Assembly (NCBI GenBank): GCA_965248265.1
Contig: CBDFJF010000001.1
Span: 2,080,001 to 2,144,000 of the forward strand
From: Candidatus Latescibacterota bacterium
Lineage (GTDB): Bacteria; Latescibacterota; UBA2968; UBA8231
Direction: 5' to 3'
DNA length: 64,000 nucleotides
Under the pieces are notes generated by a model. It ran no database searches. It saw only the letters and a list, made by a program, of their open reading frames with translations, and was not told the DNA's origin. The position numbers and the translations under genes are program-made. This document shows, piece by piece, positions 10,524 through 19,834 of the stretch. How positions within the stretch are numbered: the stretch's first letter is position 1; every line of letters starts with the position of its first letter.

Positions 10524-11088
10524 ATGACCGTCGCTAACACGTTCGAGGAGGGACCAGAAGGCTGGTGTTCTTACGACTACCACGCCAGCATGGTCGCCAA
10601 CACAAACTACTTCGTGCTGACCACCTGGGATGAGCGCGGTGGCGCCGAAAACTCAGGCTGTGTATGGGCGGATCATACCCGTTGGAGCACCGACGCCCCG
10701 GAACGACCGATATCCATTCTGCCGTTGATCCTCTACCGCAATTGGGTAGGGAAACCGTCGATCGATCTTCGCGGTGCTGAGCTTGAGCGATGACCTGAAA
10801 CTGGCCGGCGCCGAGTGCTACTTCTGGGCTCATACCTCGGGCACCCGCTGGCATTGCGGCGGCAGACCAGTGGAGATAACCGACGCCCGCTGGGGAGAAC
10901 CTTCAATCCTGTTGTTGGAGAGCGACGAGTCTGTATGGTACAAGAGCTGGATAAGGGATCCGAAAATTGAGGCGAGCCTGGATGAGGTGCTCGGCAGCAC
11001 TACGAGTTACGGGTTTTCCTTCGTCGGCTTTTCCCAGGAAGTCACCGGCAAGTTGTCCATGAGCAGCTTTGAGATCCGCACTGCCTGA
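10524..11088 (+). pseudogene. Hypothetical protein split by a frameshift near 10785
   Basis: AGGAG RBS and ATG at 10524; frame ends ..DLRGAELER* at 10793 while overlapping frame continues SDDLKLAGAECYFWAH.. to 11088 with similar Trp/Tyr-rich composition and no RBS of its own. Confidence 0.6.
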
Positions 11089-11127
11089 CAGCGATCCGCT
11101 TTAGCGATCCCGCTTTGGCTATCCCCC

Positions 11128-11980
11128 TCACCTCTCCCAGCGATCCGGATCGATGGCGGGTGCCGCCGTCTTCATGCCCTTGGGTTTGTGCGCCTGTTCC
11201 CACTCCAGTCCCGTCGTGTTCAGGCTCGGGTGCCGCGGCGACGAGTTCGGGATCCCATTCCTCCATCGGTTGGATCGGGCCGGCCCAGGCCGGCCTGTAG
11301 CCGAGCTGAACCAGCGTACGCGACGAGGCCGCTTTGTTGGGATGCGTACCGTGGAACATGTTGATGGGTATGATCACGGCCGTTCCCGCCTTCGGACACA
11401 GCGTGATCTCGCCGGGGTGCCAGTGGTAGCGCACATAAGGGTTGGCCTGAGCGTGAAAGGACAGGTGCGAGCGCGGCACCAGGCGAAAAGGTGCTCGTTC
11501 CGGAACCAGGTCGTCCAGATAGTAGAGGATCCGTAGCAGCCGCGGCGAGCTGCCCTCGTAGCCGAATATGGACGAACCGAACGGTTGACCGTCCGTGTGC
11601 AGGGAGATCGGTGGTGAGCCGGCCAGGGTGCGCGTGAGCAAGCCGTGTGTGAACACGATGTCATCACCGAATAGAACCTTGAGAAAATCGGTGACCTTTG
11701 GATTCCCGATCAATTCAGCCACTTCCTTGCTGTACCACTGCGGCTCCATGTGGTAGGTCTGCGCCTCGCTGTAATCCTTCGTCTGCATCGGCGCGTCGGC
11801 CATCTGCGCCTTGATCCGATCAATCTGTTCAGCGCCGATTACCCCCGGAAGCACGACGTAGCCTTCGACTTCGAGGTGACGAATCTGCTGCCCCAACGAG
11901 AAACAGCTGAAATCCGTCCCATCGATGTTCATGAAATCGATCTCTCCATCCGTTTCTCTATCGATCGTGTTTTCAGTCAT
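11128..11980 (-). pseudogene. Phytanoyl-CoA dioxygenase (PhyH) family protein with apparent C-terminal frameshift
   Basis: EGYVVLPGV, LHTDG (HxD), LYYLDD, VPRSH, MFHGT, R..Y. After ..AAAPE the annotated frame runs into the opposite gene, while another frame gives SLNTTGLEWEQAHKPKGMKTAAPAIDPDRWER* ending at 11128. Confidence 0.7.
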
Positions 11981-11997
11981 TCCACAGTACCCCCGTC

Positions 11998-12127
11998 ATT
12001 ACAGAACCGACCGATCCGTCCGCCATGATGACGACGGGCCGCGCCCACGCTGAGGATGGATAGGCTCCCGTCGTCCTCGTTGAGCTCAATGCCCAAACCC
12101 GATTTTGGTCGGCAGCTCAATATACCT
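11998..12127 (-). pseudogene. C-terminal remnant of a mandelate racemase/galactonate dehydratase-like enolase-superfamily gene
   Basis: Stitching frames on the minus strand gives YIELPTK / SGLGIELNED / AYPSSAWARPVVIMADGSVG, matching the typical family C-terminus G.i.lP..PGLGielne....P....DGsv. Confidence 0.6.
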
Positions 12128-12299
12128 CTTGTTGCCCGAACCCTGAGTCACCGTTATGCTGCCGATGTCGGAGACGAGATCGCTGACGCTGACAGGGTCG
12201 TATTCAGTTGATCTGGCTGTAAGGGACCCCGATTATGCGATTTATTGCAGGAGCGTTCAACTTTCTACACTACACCAGTCCCTTTCCCATCGATTGATC

Positions 12300-13487
12300 A
12301 TGCCTGCTAGTGCATCTTCTCACTCCCCCAACACACATGTTGCCCGTTTCGGTTACGCGGCCATTGCCATCCTGGCCATCGGCCTGGTGGAACTAGCAAC
12401 ATACACTGTTTCAACGATGTTCCTCCTGGAAAGAACCCCCTTCCTCCTCTACGTCCCACCGCACATCGACCACGAACAATGGCAACACTACATACTCGAG
12501 CGTGACCCGGTGCTCGGTTGGCCTTCGAAGGGTGCGCTGGCCTCGGCAGACCATGACCGCTCAGGCTCTCGGCCCGTTCCCGCCTACCCCATACCTGGCG
12601 ACGAATGTGTGACCCTGTACGGCGACTCCTATACCTACGGATCCGAAGTGTCGGACGCGGAAGCCTGGGGCAACGTTCTGGCTCATCTACTTGACTGCCG
12701 CGTAGGAAATTTCGGCGTTGGCGGTTATGGGACTGACCAGTCGCTTCTGCGCTTTATTGGCAACAGCGCCGACACGGCACCCGTATCCATACTGGGGCTG
12801 TTTCCGGTGAACATGATGCGCAACGTCAACCAGTACCGCCATCTGCGCACCGGAGATTCCCCACTCGGCTTCAAACCGCGCTTCGTGGTCGAGGGCGATT
12901 CCCTGCGCTTGATTCCGAAGCCGAATCCAACCTTCGGCGAACTCCTACACCTCCGAGACGATCTCAGCCGACTGCTGCCCCACGAGGCCTTCGAGCCGGG
13001 GACCGCGGTCGGTCCCGTACCGTTCCAGTTTCCCTTCACGTTGACGGTGGCTAAGCTGGTTCTTCACGGCCAGGTAAGGAGTTGGCTGCTCGACAGACCC
13101 AGCTGGATCGATTTTCTCAACAGCGATCATCCGTCTCAGGCGCGACAGGTGACAACGGAGATTTGTCGTCGGTTCGTGGAGGAATGTCGTGCTCGGAACA
13201 AGGAATGCTTCGTGCTGTTGCTGCCCACACCCAACTCCTACGATTACTACAGGGCGACAGGAAGGCCGGTCATGGAGCCGGTGATGGAAGAATTCAGGAA
13301 GTGGGGCATTCCCCATCTCAACCTTACAGCACTGTTTGCCCAGGAATTGGGACGGCGTCCCTTTGCCGAAATCCTGACGAACAATCCCCAGCCCGGCATG
13401 GGACACTTCAACGCCGAGGGTAACGGCATGGTCGCACGATTCGTGTTTGAGCATCTGGTCAACCTCGACCAGCGGATAGGTGGTTGA
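12300..13487 (+). CDS. Membrane-anchored SGNH hydrolase-like protein
   Basis: TM segment, DPVLGW, YGDSYTYG, NFGVGGYGTDQS, HFNAEGN; start uncertain (ORF open from 12156). Confidence 0.72.
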   Translation: MPASASSHSPNTHVARFGYAAIAILAIGLVELATYTVSTMFLLERTPFLLYVPPHIDHEQWQHYILERDPVLGWPSKGALASADHDRSGSRPVPAYPIPGDECVTLYGDSYTYGSEVSDAEAWGNVLAHLLDCRVGNFGVGGYGTDQSLLRFIGNSADTAPVSILGLFPVNMMRNVNQYRHLRTGDSPLGFKPRFVVEGDSLRLIPKPNPTFGELLHLRDDLSRLLPHEAFEPGTAVGPVPFQFPFTLTVAKLVLHGQVRSWLLDRPSWIDFLNSDHPSQARQVTTEICRRFVEECRARNKECFVLLLPTPNSYDYYRATGRPVMEPVMEEFRKWGIPHLNLTALFAQELGRRPFAEILTNNPQPGMGHFNAEGNGMVARFVFEHLVNLDQRIGG

Positions 13488-13491
13488 TTTG

Positions 13492-15627
13492 ATGAAAGAA
13501 CACCTGCGCGCTATTGCCGCGGAACTGACGCTGAAAGCTGATCAAGTCCGCAACGCGGCCGAACTGCTTGCCGGCGGCGCCACAGTGCCGTTCATCGCCC
13601 GCTACCGCAAGGAAGCGACGGGCAGTTTGGATGAGATCGCCGTTACCGCCATCCAGGATCGGCTCGAGCAACTGGAGCAACTAGACAAGCGCCGCACGGC
13701 CGTACTGAAATCACTCGAAGAGCACGGCCACCTGACTCAGGATCTGGAAGTTACTGTCCGAGATGCCGCTACGCTGTCTGAGTTGGAGGATATCTATCTG
13801 CCGTATCGCCCAAAGCGACGTACCCGGGCCACCATCGCCAGGGGAAAAGGCCTGGAGCCCCTGGCGGAGATCCTTTGGGCGCAAAAGGGGGCCGATCCGA
13901 GCACTAAAGCGGCCGCTTTTGTCGATGTCGCCAAGGGGGTCGATACGGTCGACGCAGCGCTTGCCGGCGCCAGAGACATCATCGCCGAGCGCATCAATGA
14001 GGATCAATCCGTGCGCCGGCGCTTGCGAACTTTTTTCAGCGAGCGCTCTACCATCCGCTCCAAGCTCGTACCGGGTATGGAGGAGAAGGGACAGAAGTTC
14101 AGGGACTACTTCGACTGGGAGGAGCCGCTGGCCAGGGCCCCGTCCCACCGGGTCCTGGCGTTACGGCGTGGCGAGAGCGAGGGCGTCCTCAACCTTCGTA
14201 TCGAGCCCCCGGAAACCGAGGGCTTGGCCGTGCTCGAATCCCGCGTCGTCCGTGGGAGTGGCCCCGACCGGGATCAGGTACGTGAGGCCGCCCGAGACAG
14301 CTACCGCCGTTTGCTGAGCTCGTCACTGGAGACCGAGATGCGTCTGCAATCCAAGCAGGCTGCTGACGAAGAAGCCATCCGTGTCTTCTCCGAGAATGTC
14401 CGCGAGCTGTTGCTGGCAGCGCCTCTCGGGCGAAAGCGAGTCATGGCCATCGATCCCGGGTTCCGCACCGGATGCAAGCTCGTCTGCTTGGATCCACAGG
14501 GTAAGCTGCTCTTTGCGGATACTATCTACCCCGGACAGGGTGAGAGAAAGAACGCGGAGGCGGAGCGCAAACTCGCCGACTTGGTCGGCCGATATGAGAT
14601 CGAGGCGGTCGCCATCGGCAATGGCACTGGAGGGCGCGAGCTCGAAGCCGTCGTGCGCTCCGTTGTTGGCGAGCAGATTGACGTCGTCGTGGTCAACGAA
14701 AGCGGCGCCTCCGTCTACTCCGCCTCGCCAATCGCCAGGGAGGAGTTCCCCGACCACGACCTGACCGTGCGCGGCGCCGTGTCTATCGGCCGTCGACTGA
14801 TGGACCCGTTGGCCGAGCTGGTCAAGATCGATCCGAAGTCAATCGGCGTCGGGCAGTACCAGCATGATGTCGACCAGGCGGCCCTCAAAAGCAGGCTCGA
14901 CGGCGTCGTCACCAGCTGCGTCAATGCCGTGGGAGTGGAACTCAACACGGCCAGCAAACAACTTCTCACCTACGTTTCCGGGCTGGGTCCACAGCTGGCA
15001 CAGAGCATCGTCGACTACCGCGACGAAAACGGTCCCCTCACTTCGCGGCGGCAACTCAAGAAGGTTCCGCGCTTGGGCCCGAAGGCCTTCGAGCAATGTG
15101 CCGGATTTCTGCGCATCCGCGATGCCGTCAATCCACTCGACCGCAGCGGCGTGCACCCTGAGAGCTATGCCGTCGTCGACCAGCTCGCCACCGCGCTCTC
15201 GAGTGACGTCCAGAAACTGATGCGTGACCACGGCAAGTTGGACACCCTCGATCTGCGACAGTTCGTCACCGACCAAATCGGACTCCCGACGCTTACTGAC
15301 ATTCGCGACGAACTCGTGAAACCCGGTCGTGATCCACGCCCGCAGTTCGAAGCCTTTAGTTTCGCCGCGGGCATCGACAAGATCGACGACCTGAAACCGG
15401 GGATGAAACTTCCCGGCATCATCACCAACGTCACCAACTTCGGAGCCTTCGTCGACATCGGAGTCCACCAGGATGGACTCGTCCACATCAGCCAGCTTGC
15501 CGACGGATTCGTCCGCGACCCCAACCACGTGGTCAAGGTCCAGCAACAGGTTACCGTCAGTGTGATGGAGATCGACCTGCCACGCAACCGCATCTCGTTG
15601 TCGCTTCGACAGACCCAGGATGAGTGA
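13492..15627 (+). CDS. tex: Tex/YhgF RNA-binding transcriptional accessory protein
   Basis: GATVPFIARYRKEATG, DPGFRTGCK, NESGASVYSAS, IGVGQYQHDV, C-terminal S1 domain NFGAFVDIGVHQDGLVHIS. Confidence 0.96.
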   Translation: MKEHLRAIAAELTLKADQVRNAAELLAGGATVPFIARYRKEATGSLDEIAVTAIQDRLEQLEQLDKRRTAVLKSLEEHGHLTQDLEVTVRDAATLSELEDIYLPYRPKRRTRATIARGKGLEPLAEILWAQKGADPSTKAAAFVDVAKGVDTVDAALAGARDIIAERINEDQSVRRRLRTFFSERSTIRSKLVPGMEEKGQKFRDYFDWEEPLARAPSHRVLALRRGESEGVLNLRIEPPETEGLAVLESRVVRGSGPDRDQVREAARDSYRRLLSSSLETEMRLQSKQAADEEAIRVFSENVRELLLAAPLGRKRVMAIDPGFRTGCKLVCLDPQGKLLFADTIYPGQGERKNAEAERKLADLVGRYEIEAVAIGNGTGGRELEAVVRSVVGEQIDVVVVNESGASVYSASPIAREEFPDHDLTVRGAVSIGRRLMDPLAELVKIDPKSIGVGQYQHDVDQAALKSRLDGVVTSCVNAVGVELNTASKQLLTYVSGLGPQLAQSIVDYRDENGPLTSRRQLKKVPRLGPKAFEQCAGFLRIRDAVNPLDRSGVHPESYAVVDQLATALSSDVQKLMRDHGKLDTLDLRQFVTDQIGLPTLTDIRDELVKPGRDPRPQFEAFSFAAGIDKIDDLKPGMKLPGIITNVTNFGAFVDIGVHQDGLVHISQLADGFVRDPNHVVKVQQQVTVSVMEIDLPRNRISLSLRQTQDE

Positions 15628-15672
15628 GAAGGGAAGCTTGCTCCGGCAGGAATAGACCTTCATCTTCTCGAT

Positions 15673-17241
15673 GTGAACGACGACAGCCCAAAGCACGAGT
15701 GCGGCCTGGCCGCCCTGTACTGGCTCAACGAGCCGTACAACGGCGGCGCTCAGGATAGTGAGCACGACGAAAACGTAGCTCCCTTGATGTCGCAGATGTT
15801 GTTGGATCTGCAGAATCGTGGCCAACTGGCAACCGGTTTTACCTCCTATCAACCCGACCGCACGACGATCCTCAAGACCTACAAGGATGTCGGTACCGTA
15901 TCGGAGGCGATGCGGCTCTCCCATACCGGCAAGCACGATTCCATCTTGAGCGACCACGCCGGTCACGCGGCCATCGGACATACCCGCTACGCGACCAGCG
16001 GGGAGGAAGACGACGTTCTGTACGCCCAACCCTTCGAACGCCCCCACGGCCGTCTGTGGAAATGGTTCTCATTGGCGTTCAACGGCAACCTCGCCAACTA
16101 TTCGCAGCTGCGGGAACGATTGCTGTCGAAGCGCGGGTATCACTTCACCCTGAACACGGACACTGAGATCATCATGCACACCCTCGCCTACCGCCTGCGA
16201 GGGCAGCGTCGTCCGGATTTGGTCAAGGTGATGGCCGGATTGAACCGGGATTTCGACGGCGCCTTCAACATCGCTTTCGTCGACGCCATGGGACGCATGT
16301 TCCTTTCGCGTGATCCGCGTGGTTTCCGGCCACTGTGCTGGGCGGTGCGCGGACAGCTCTTCGCCGCGGCCAACGAGTCGGTGGCGTTGAGGAACCTCGG
16401 ATTTGACGAAATCAATCACCTCGAGCCCGGACAGATGGCCATCGTCGAAGACGGCCGCCTGCGACTCGAGCGCTTCGCCAAGAAAGAGGAAAAATCCAGG
16501 TGCTTTTTCGAGTGGGTTTACTTCTCGAACGTGGCCAGTGAGATCGACGGCAAGGGGGTCTATCATTCACGCGCGCGTGCTGGTCGCCTTCTCGCCGAGA
16601 TGGAGGATCAGCCAGTGGACGATTCCTGCATCGTCGTCCCCGTGCCGGATACCGCGAAGGCCGCTGCCGACGCCTACGCCTTCAACATGCGCATGCCCTG
16701 CATGGAGGGGGTGATCCGCAACCGCTATGTCGGCCGCACCTTCATTCAGCCGTCCAGCACGAGGGAGAGGAGCGCCCAGAGGAAATACACGACGGTGCGC
16801 TCGTTGTTGAACGGTCAACGGGTCTTCCTCCTGGAGGACTCGATCGTGCGATCGTTGACGCTGAAAACGCTGGTGAAGCAGGTGCGCGACGACGGCGCCA
16901 GTGAGGTTCACGTTCGCGTCGCCTGTCCCCCGATCGTCGGACCATGTTTCTACGGCATCGACATGTCGACGCTGGATGAGCTGTTCGGCACCCGATATGC
17001 GCCAGCTCGCTACAAAGGCGAACCCTCGGCAGAAATGTTGAAGAAAATGGCCCGCGCCCTCGATATCGACAGCCTCAAGTTCTTGCCGGTCTCTTCCCTG
17101 GGACAGGCCATCGACGTCGAACGCGACAGTTTGTGCATGGGATGCGTGACCTCGAAGTACCCGACCCCGTGGGGGAACAAGCTGATCCGCCGGGCCAAGC
17201 AGAATCGCAAGGATGGGGTCAAGGGTCGCACCTATGCATGA
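15673..17241 (+). CDS. purF: Amidophosphoribosyltransferase (propeptide and Fe-S type)
   Basis: HE|CG nucleophile after short propeptide, GHTRYAT, NGNL.N, CFFEWVYF, NRYVGRTFI, EDSIVR, PCFYGID, CMGC. Confidence 0.95.
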   Translation: MNDDSPKHECGLAALYWLNEPYNGGAQDSEHDENVAPLMSQMLLDLQNRGQLATGFTSYQPDRTTILKTYKDVGTVSEAMRLSHTGKHDSILSDHAGHAAIGHTRYATSGEEDDVLYAQPFERPHGRLWKWFSLAFNGNLANYSQLRERLLSKRGYHFTLNTDTEIIMHTLAYRLRGQRRPDLVKVMAGLNRDFDGAFNIAFVDAMGRMFLSRDPRGFRPLCWAVRGQLFAAANESVALRNLGFDEINHLEPGQMAIVEDGRLRLERFAKKEEKSRCFFEWVYFSNVASEIDGKGVYHSRARAGRLLAEMEDQPVDDSCIVVPVPDTAKAAADAYAFNMRMPCMEGVIRNRYVGRTFIQPSSTRERSAQRKYTTVRSLLNGQRVFLLEDSIVRSLTLKTLVKQVRDDGASEVHVRVACPPIVGPCFYGIDMSTLDELFGTRYAPARYKGEPSAEMLKKMARALDIDSLKFLPVSSLGQAIDVERDSLCMGCVTSKYPTPWGNKLIRRAKQNRKDGVKGRTYA

Positions 17242-17410
17242 CCCGAAGCAGCAATCAGGGCAGTCGGTCTCCGACCCTGACGACACCAACCCTGTGTGCG
17301 ATCTCGGTGAAAGCGACCATCGGTGTCCGCGCTGCGGCGACGACTTCATCAGCTGGGCCTGCGAGCTGGTGTGCTGGAACTGCGGCCTCAAATTCACCTG
17401 CGATGAGTGA
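17234..17410 (+). CDS. Small Cys-rich zinc-finger-like protein (58 aa)
   Basis: CPRC-x7-C-x3-CWNC-x5-C; overlaps purF stop and the next start codon. Confidence 0.7.
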   Translation: MHDPKQQSGQSVSDPDDTNPVCDLGESDHRCPRCGDDFISWACELVCWNCGLKFTCDE

Positions 17411-19076
17411 ACGGCTGACGACGGTAGCATTCGTCTTCCTCGCTCTTCTTACGGCCTGTGCGCCTCATACGATTACACCCACCCCACAACTGAGCACCGA
17501 TGGACCCCAGGCAACCGCTCCCCTGCTCGAGGGAGTGGGACAGGTGTCGATGCCTATCACCGCCCGCTCGGCGCATGCCCAAGTCTATTTCAACCAGGGC
17601 ATGGCCCTACTCTACGGCTACTGGTGGTTCGAGGCACGTCGGTCGTTTGAAGCGGCGGTGGAGTTGGACAGTACCTGCGCCATGTGCCATTGGGGCTTGT
17701 TCCAGTCTCTATCTGAAGGCTCCGGCAAAGCACGCACCGCCTTGGACAACGCCAAGCGTTTCGCGCACCTGGCCAGCGTCAGGGAGCAGCATTTCATCAG
17801 GGCGGACGCCCTGTATGATTCCATCGACACCTTTGCCGAAGCTGATGAGGCCTTCATCAGAGAAATGGAGTCAGCGTTGGAGGCCTTTCCGGATGATCTG
17901 AACGCACGGTTGTTTCTCATTCACTTCCTGATGGAAGACCATGACCCGGATGACCCGGCCGATCCTCGCCGCAATCCGGAGCCGATGCTGCAGCGTCTGA
18001 TGGAACAGCACCCTGACCACCTGGCCGTCCACCACTACTGGATTCATGCCGTCGAAGCTGGCAGCCATCCGGAAGTTGCCTTGGAGAGTGCACGCAGACT
18101 CGCTACCCTGGCACCCAATGCCGGCCACATCGTGCACATGCCCGGCCACGTCTACTACCGCACCGGTGACTACGAGCGCAGCCACGACAACTTCGTGCAT
18201 GCCTTCTCCGTCGATTCCACCTACCAGGCGGACTACAGCATCCCTCCGCACCGCAACTGGAATTTCATCCACAACCTCAACTACCTGGTCGCCAATTGTG
18301 GCGAGGATGGACGTTACTCGGAGGGCTTGCGTTGGACTCGCCACCTCGAACAACTGCCGATCGACCCCGATCGACCCCTCGTGTTCTATCAGGGACGACT
18401 GGCGCGCGCCCGCCTGCAGCTGCGCTACGGAATGTGGGAGCAGGCGGCGAATTCACTTGGAGAATTCGCAGACAATGACACTCTCGCGGGTACCTTCGCC
18501 GAGCATTTCGTTGATGGGACCCTCGCGTACGCCCGCGGAATGGCCGCCCTCGATCGAGCAGACCTGGCCGCTGCTACCACGCAGCGCAAGAAACTCGATG
18601 AAATGGAGTGGATCTTCATGATCGGGCCTGTGGACACGGACGACGGCTTCTACTCTGTGAAACGGCGTAACACCTTGCGTGCCTTTTCCCGCGAGTTGCG
18701 CGGTATGTTGCACGCGTTGAACGGAGAGTTCGACAAGGCGACGAAGGCCCTTCAGGAAGCCGTCGACATAGTCAGCGCCATGAGCTACGCCGAGCCTCCT
18801 GAATTTGCCGGGCTGCCTGCCGAGCGCCTGGGAGAGGCGCGCCTGCTGGCCGGCAACTGGGAGGCTGCGGAATCAGCCTTCCGTCTGTCACTGGAGGCCC
18901 GTCCCGCCAACGGGCATGGGCTGTACGGGTTGGCGAGAGCGCTCGCAGGGCAGGGACTGATGGAGGAAGCCGGGCAGACCTATGCCAGATTCGTGGACAC
19001 CTGGCGACATGGAGATCTTGACCTGCCCCAACTCCAGAACGCCAGGTCCTGGCTGGAGTCGGCGGACGGCGGTTAA
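17403..19076 (+). CDS. TPR-repeat lipoprotein with His-rich motifs
   Basis: Lipobox LTAC after hydrophobic stretch; AQ.YFNQG..L.YG...EA.RSF, HYWIH, GHIVHMPGHVY, P.NG.GLYGLA. Confidence 0.8.
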   Translation: MSERLTTVAFVFLALLTACAPHTITPTPQLSTDGPQATAPLLEGVGQVSMPITARSAHAQVYFNQGMALLYGYWWFEARRSFEAAVELDSTCAMCHWGLFQSLSEGSGKARTALDNAKRFAHLASVREQHFIRADALYDSIDTFAEADEAFIREMESALEAFPDDLNARLFLIHFLMEDHDPDDPADPRRNPEPMLQRLMEQHPDHLAVHHYWIHAVEAGSHPEVALESARRLATLAPNAGHIVHMPGHVYYRTGDYERSHDNFVHAFSVDSTYQADYSIPPHRNWNFIHNLNYLVANCGEDGRYSEGLRWTRHLEQLPIDPDRPLVFYQGRLARARLQLRYGMWEQAANSLGEFADNDTLAGTFAEHFVDGTLAYARGMAALDRADLAAATTQRKKLDEMEWIFMIGPVDTDDGFYSVKRRNTLRAFSRELRGMLHALNGEFDKATKALQEAVDIVSAMSYAEPPEFAGLPAERLGEARLLAGNWEAAESAFRLSLEARPANGHGLYGLARALAGQGLMEEAGQTYARFVDTWRHGDLDLPQLQNARSWLESADGG

Positions 19077-19834
19077 CCACCACACTTACCGCCGCCGCAT
19101 TTACCTCCCCCACACTTGCCACCGCAACCGCCGCAGCCGCCACCACACTTGCCACCGCCACACCCGCCACATCCCCCACAGCCACAACAACCACAACCAC
19201 CCCCAGCAGCGTCAGGGCTGTCGGTCAGGCGTGAGACCAGGTGGATGTCGACATGCGTACCGACTTTCAGGACGAGCATCTCCGGACGCTCGATCCCGTA
19301 GTCGGCCAACGCGACTCTAAAATTTGCTTTCAGGGCAACGATGTTGCCCGGCAGTACGCCTTTCGTGGCTTCACTGCCCTCGATGTAAGTGATCGTCGCC
19401 TTGACGGTCTCCTTGCGGCTGACACCGTGAAGGGTCATTGTGCCTTCGGCCTCCACGTCAACGGACTCACCAGATTTCACCTTTGACTTGGAGGCGCTGG
19501 TGATCTTCTCCAGCTTGAAGGTCGATGTCGGATAGTCATCGGTGTGGAGAAAGTTGTCGCGAAAATGCTCGTCTCGCAGGTCGATTCCGGTGTTGAATGA
19601 CGTGACGTCGACGGTGAATTCCCCGTAACCGTTCCCGTTGACGTTGTTCGGGTCGAATTTGTAGTGCCCGGACACGCCGGCACTGGTCCCGACAATCGTT
19701 TCCAGCGGCGCCGAGATATTGAACGTCACCGTGTTCCCGGGATCGTTCTTGCCGGTCGCGAACTCGGCCGTCAACGCGGGACTGACTGCCAACAGGCCAG
19801 CGGCCAGAGCGACAACAGTGTTGCGTAAGCGCAT
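19073..19834 (-). CDS. Secreted YceI-family (lipid/polyisoprenoid-binding) protein with C-terminal Gly/Cys-rich tail
   Basis: Signal peptide MRLRNTVVALAAGLLAVSPALTA; SFNTGIDLRDEH, FL.TD.YP...F, G.MTLHGV, L.DYGI; GGAAGG RBS; 43-aa G/C/K tail. Confidence 0.88.
   Translation of the reverse strand: MRLRNTVVALAAGLLAVSPALTAEFATGKNDPGNTVTFNISAPLETIVGTSAGVSGHYKFDPNNVNGNGYGEFTVDVTSFNTGIDLRDEHFRDNFLHTDDYPTSTFKLEKITSASKSKVKSGESVDVEAEGTMTLHGVSRKETVKATITYIEGSEATKGVLPGNIVALKANFRVALADYGIERPEMLVLKVGTHVDIHLVSRLTDSPDAAGGGCGCCGCGGCGGCGGGKCGGGCGGCGGKCGGGKCGGGKCGG
19076..19204 (-). repeat. Low-complexity coding repeat (GGC/GKCGG)n
   Basis: Encodes GGGCGCCGCGGCGGCGGGKCGGGCGGCGGKCGGGKCGGGKCGG with varied synonymous codons. 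Confidence 0.9.

Noticed and set aside
10785-10793. Selenocysteine or stop read-through at the TGA
   Set aside because: The continuation is in a different frame, so read-through cannot join the halves; no classical slippery heptamer was seen either
14839-16047. Long antisense ORFs (also 24798-26036, 20557-21717, 23236-24189, 61522-62697 and many shorter ones)
   Set aside because: Shadow frames opposite well-supported genes, expected in high-GC DNA; no recognisable motifs
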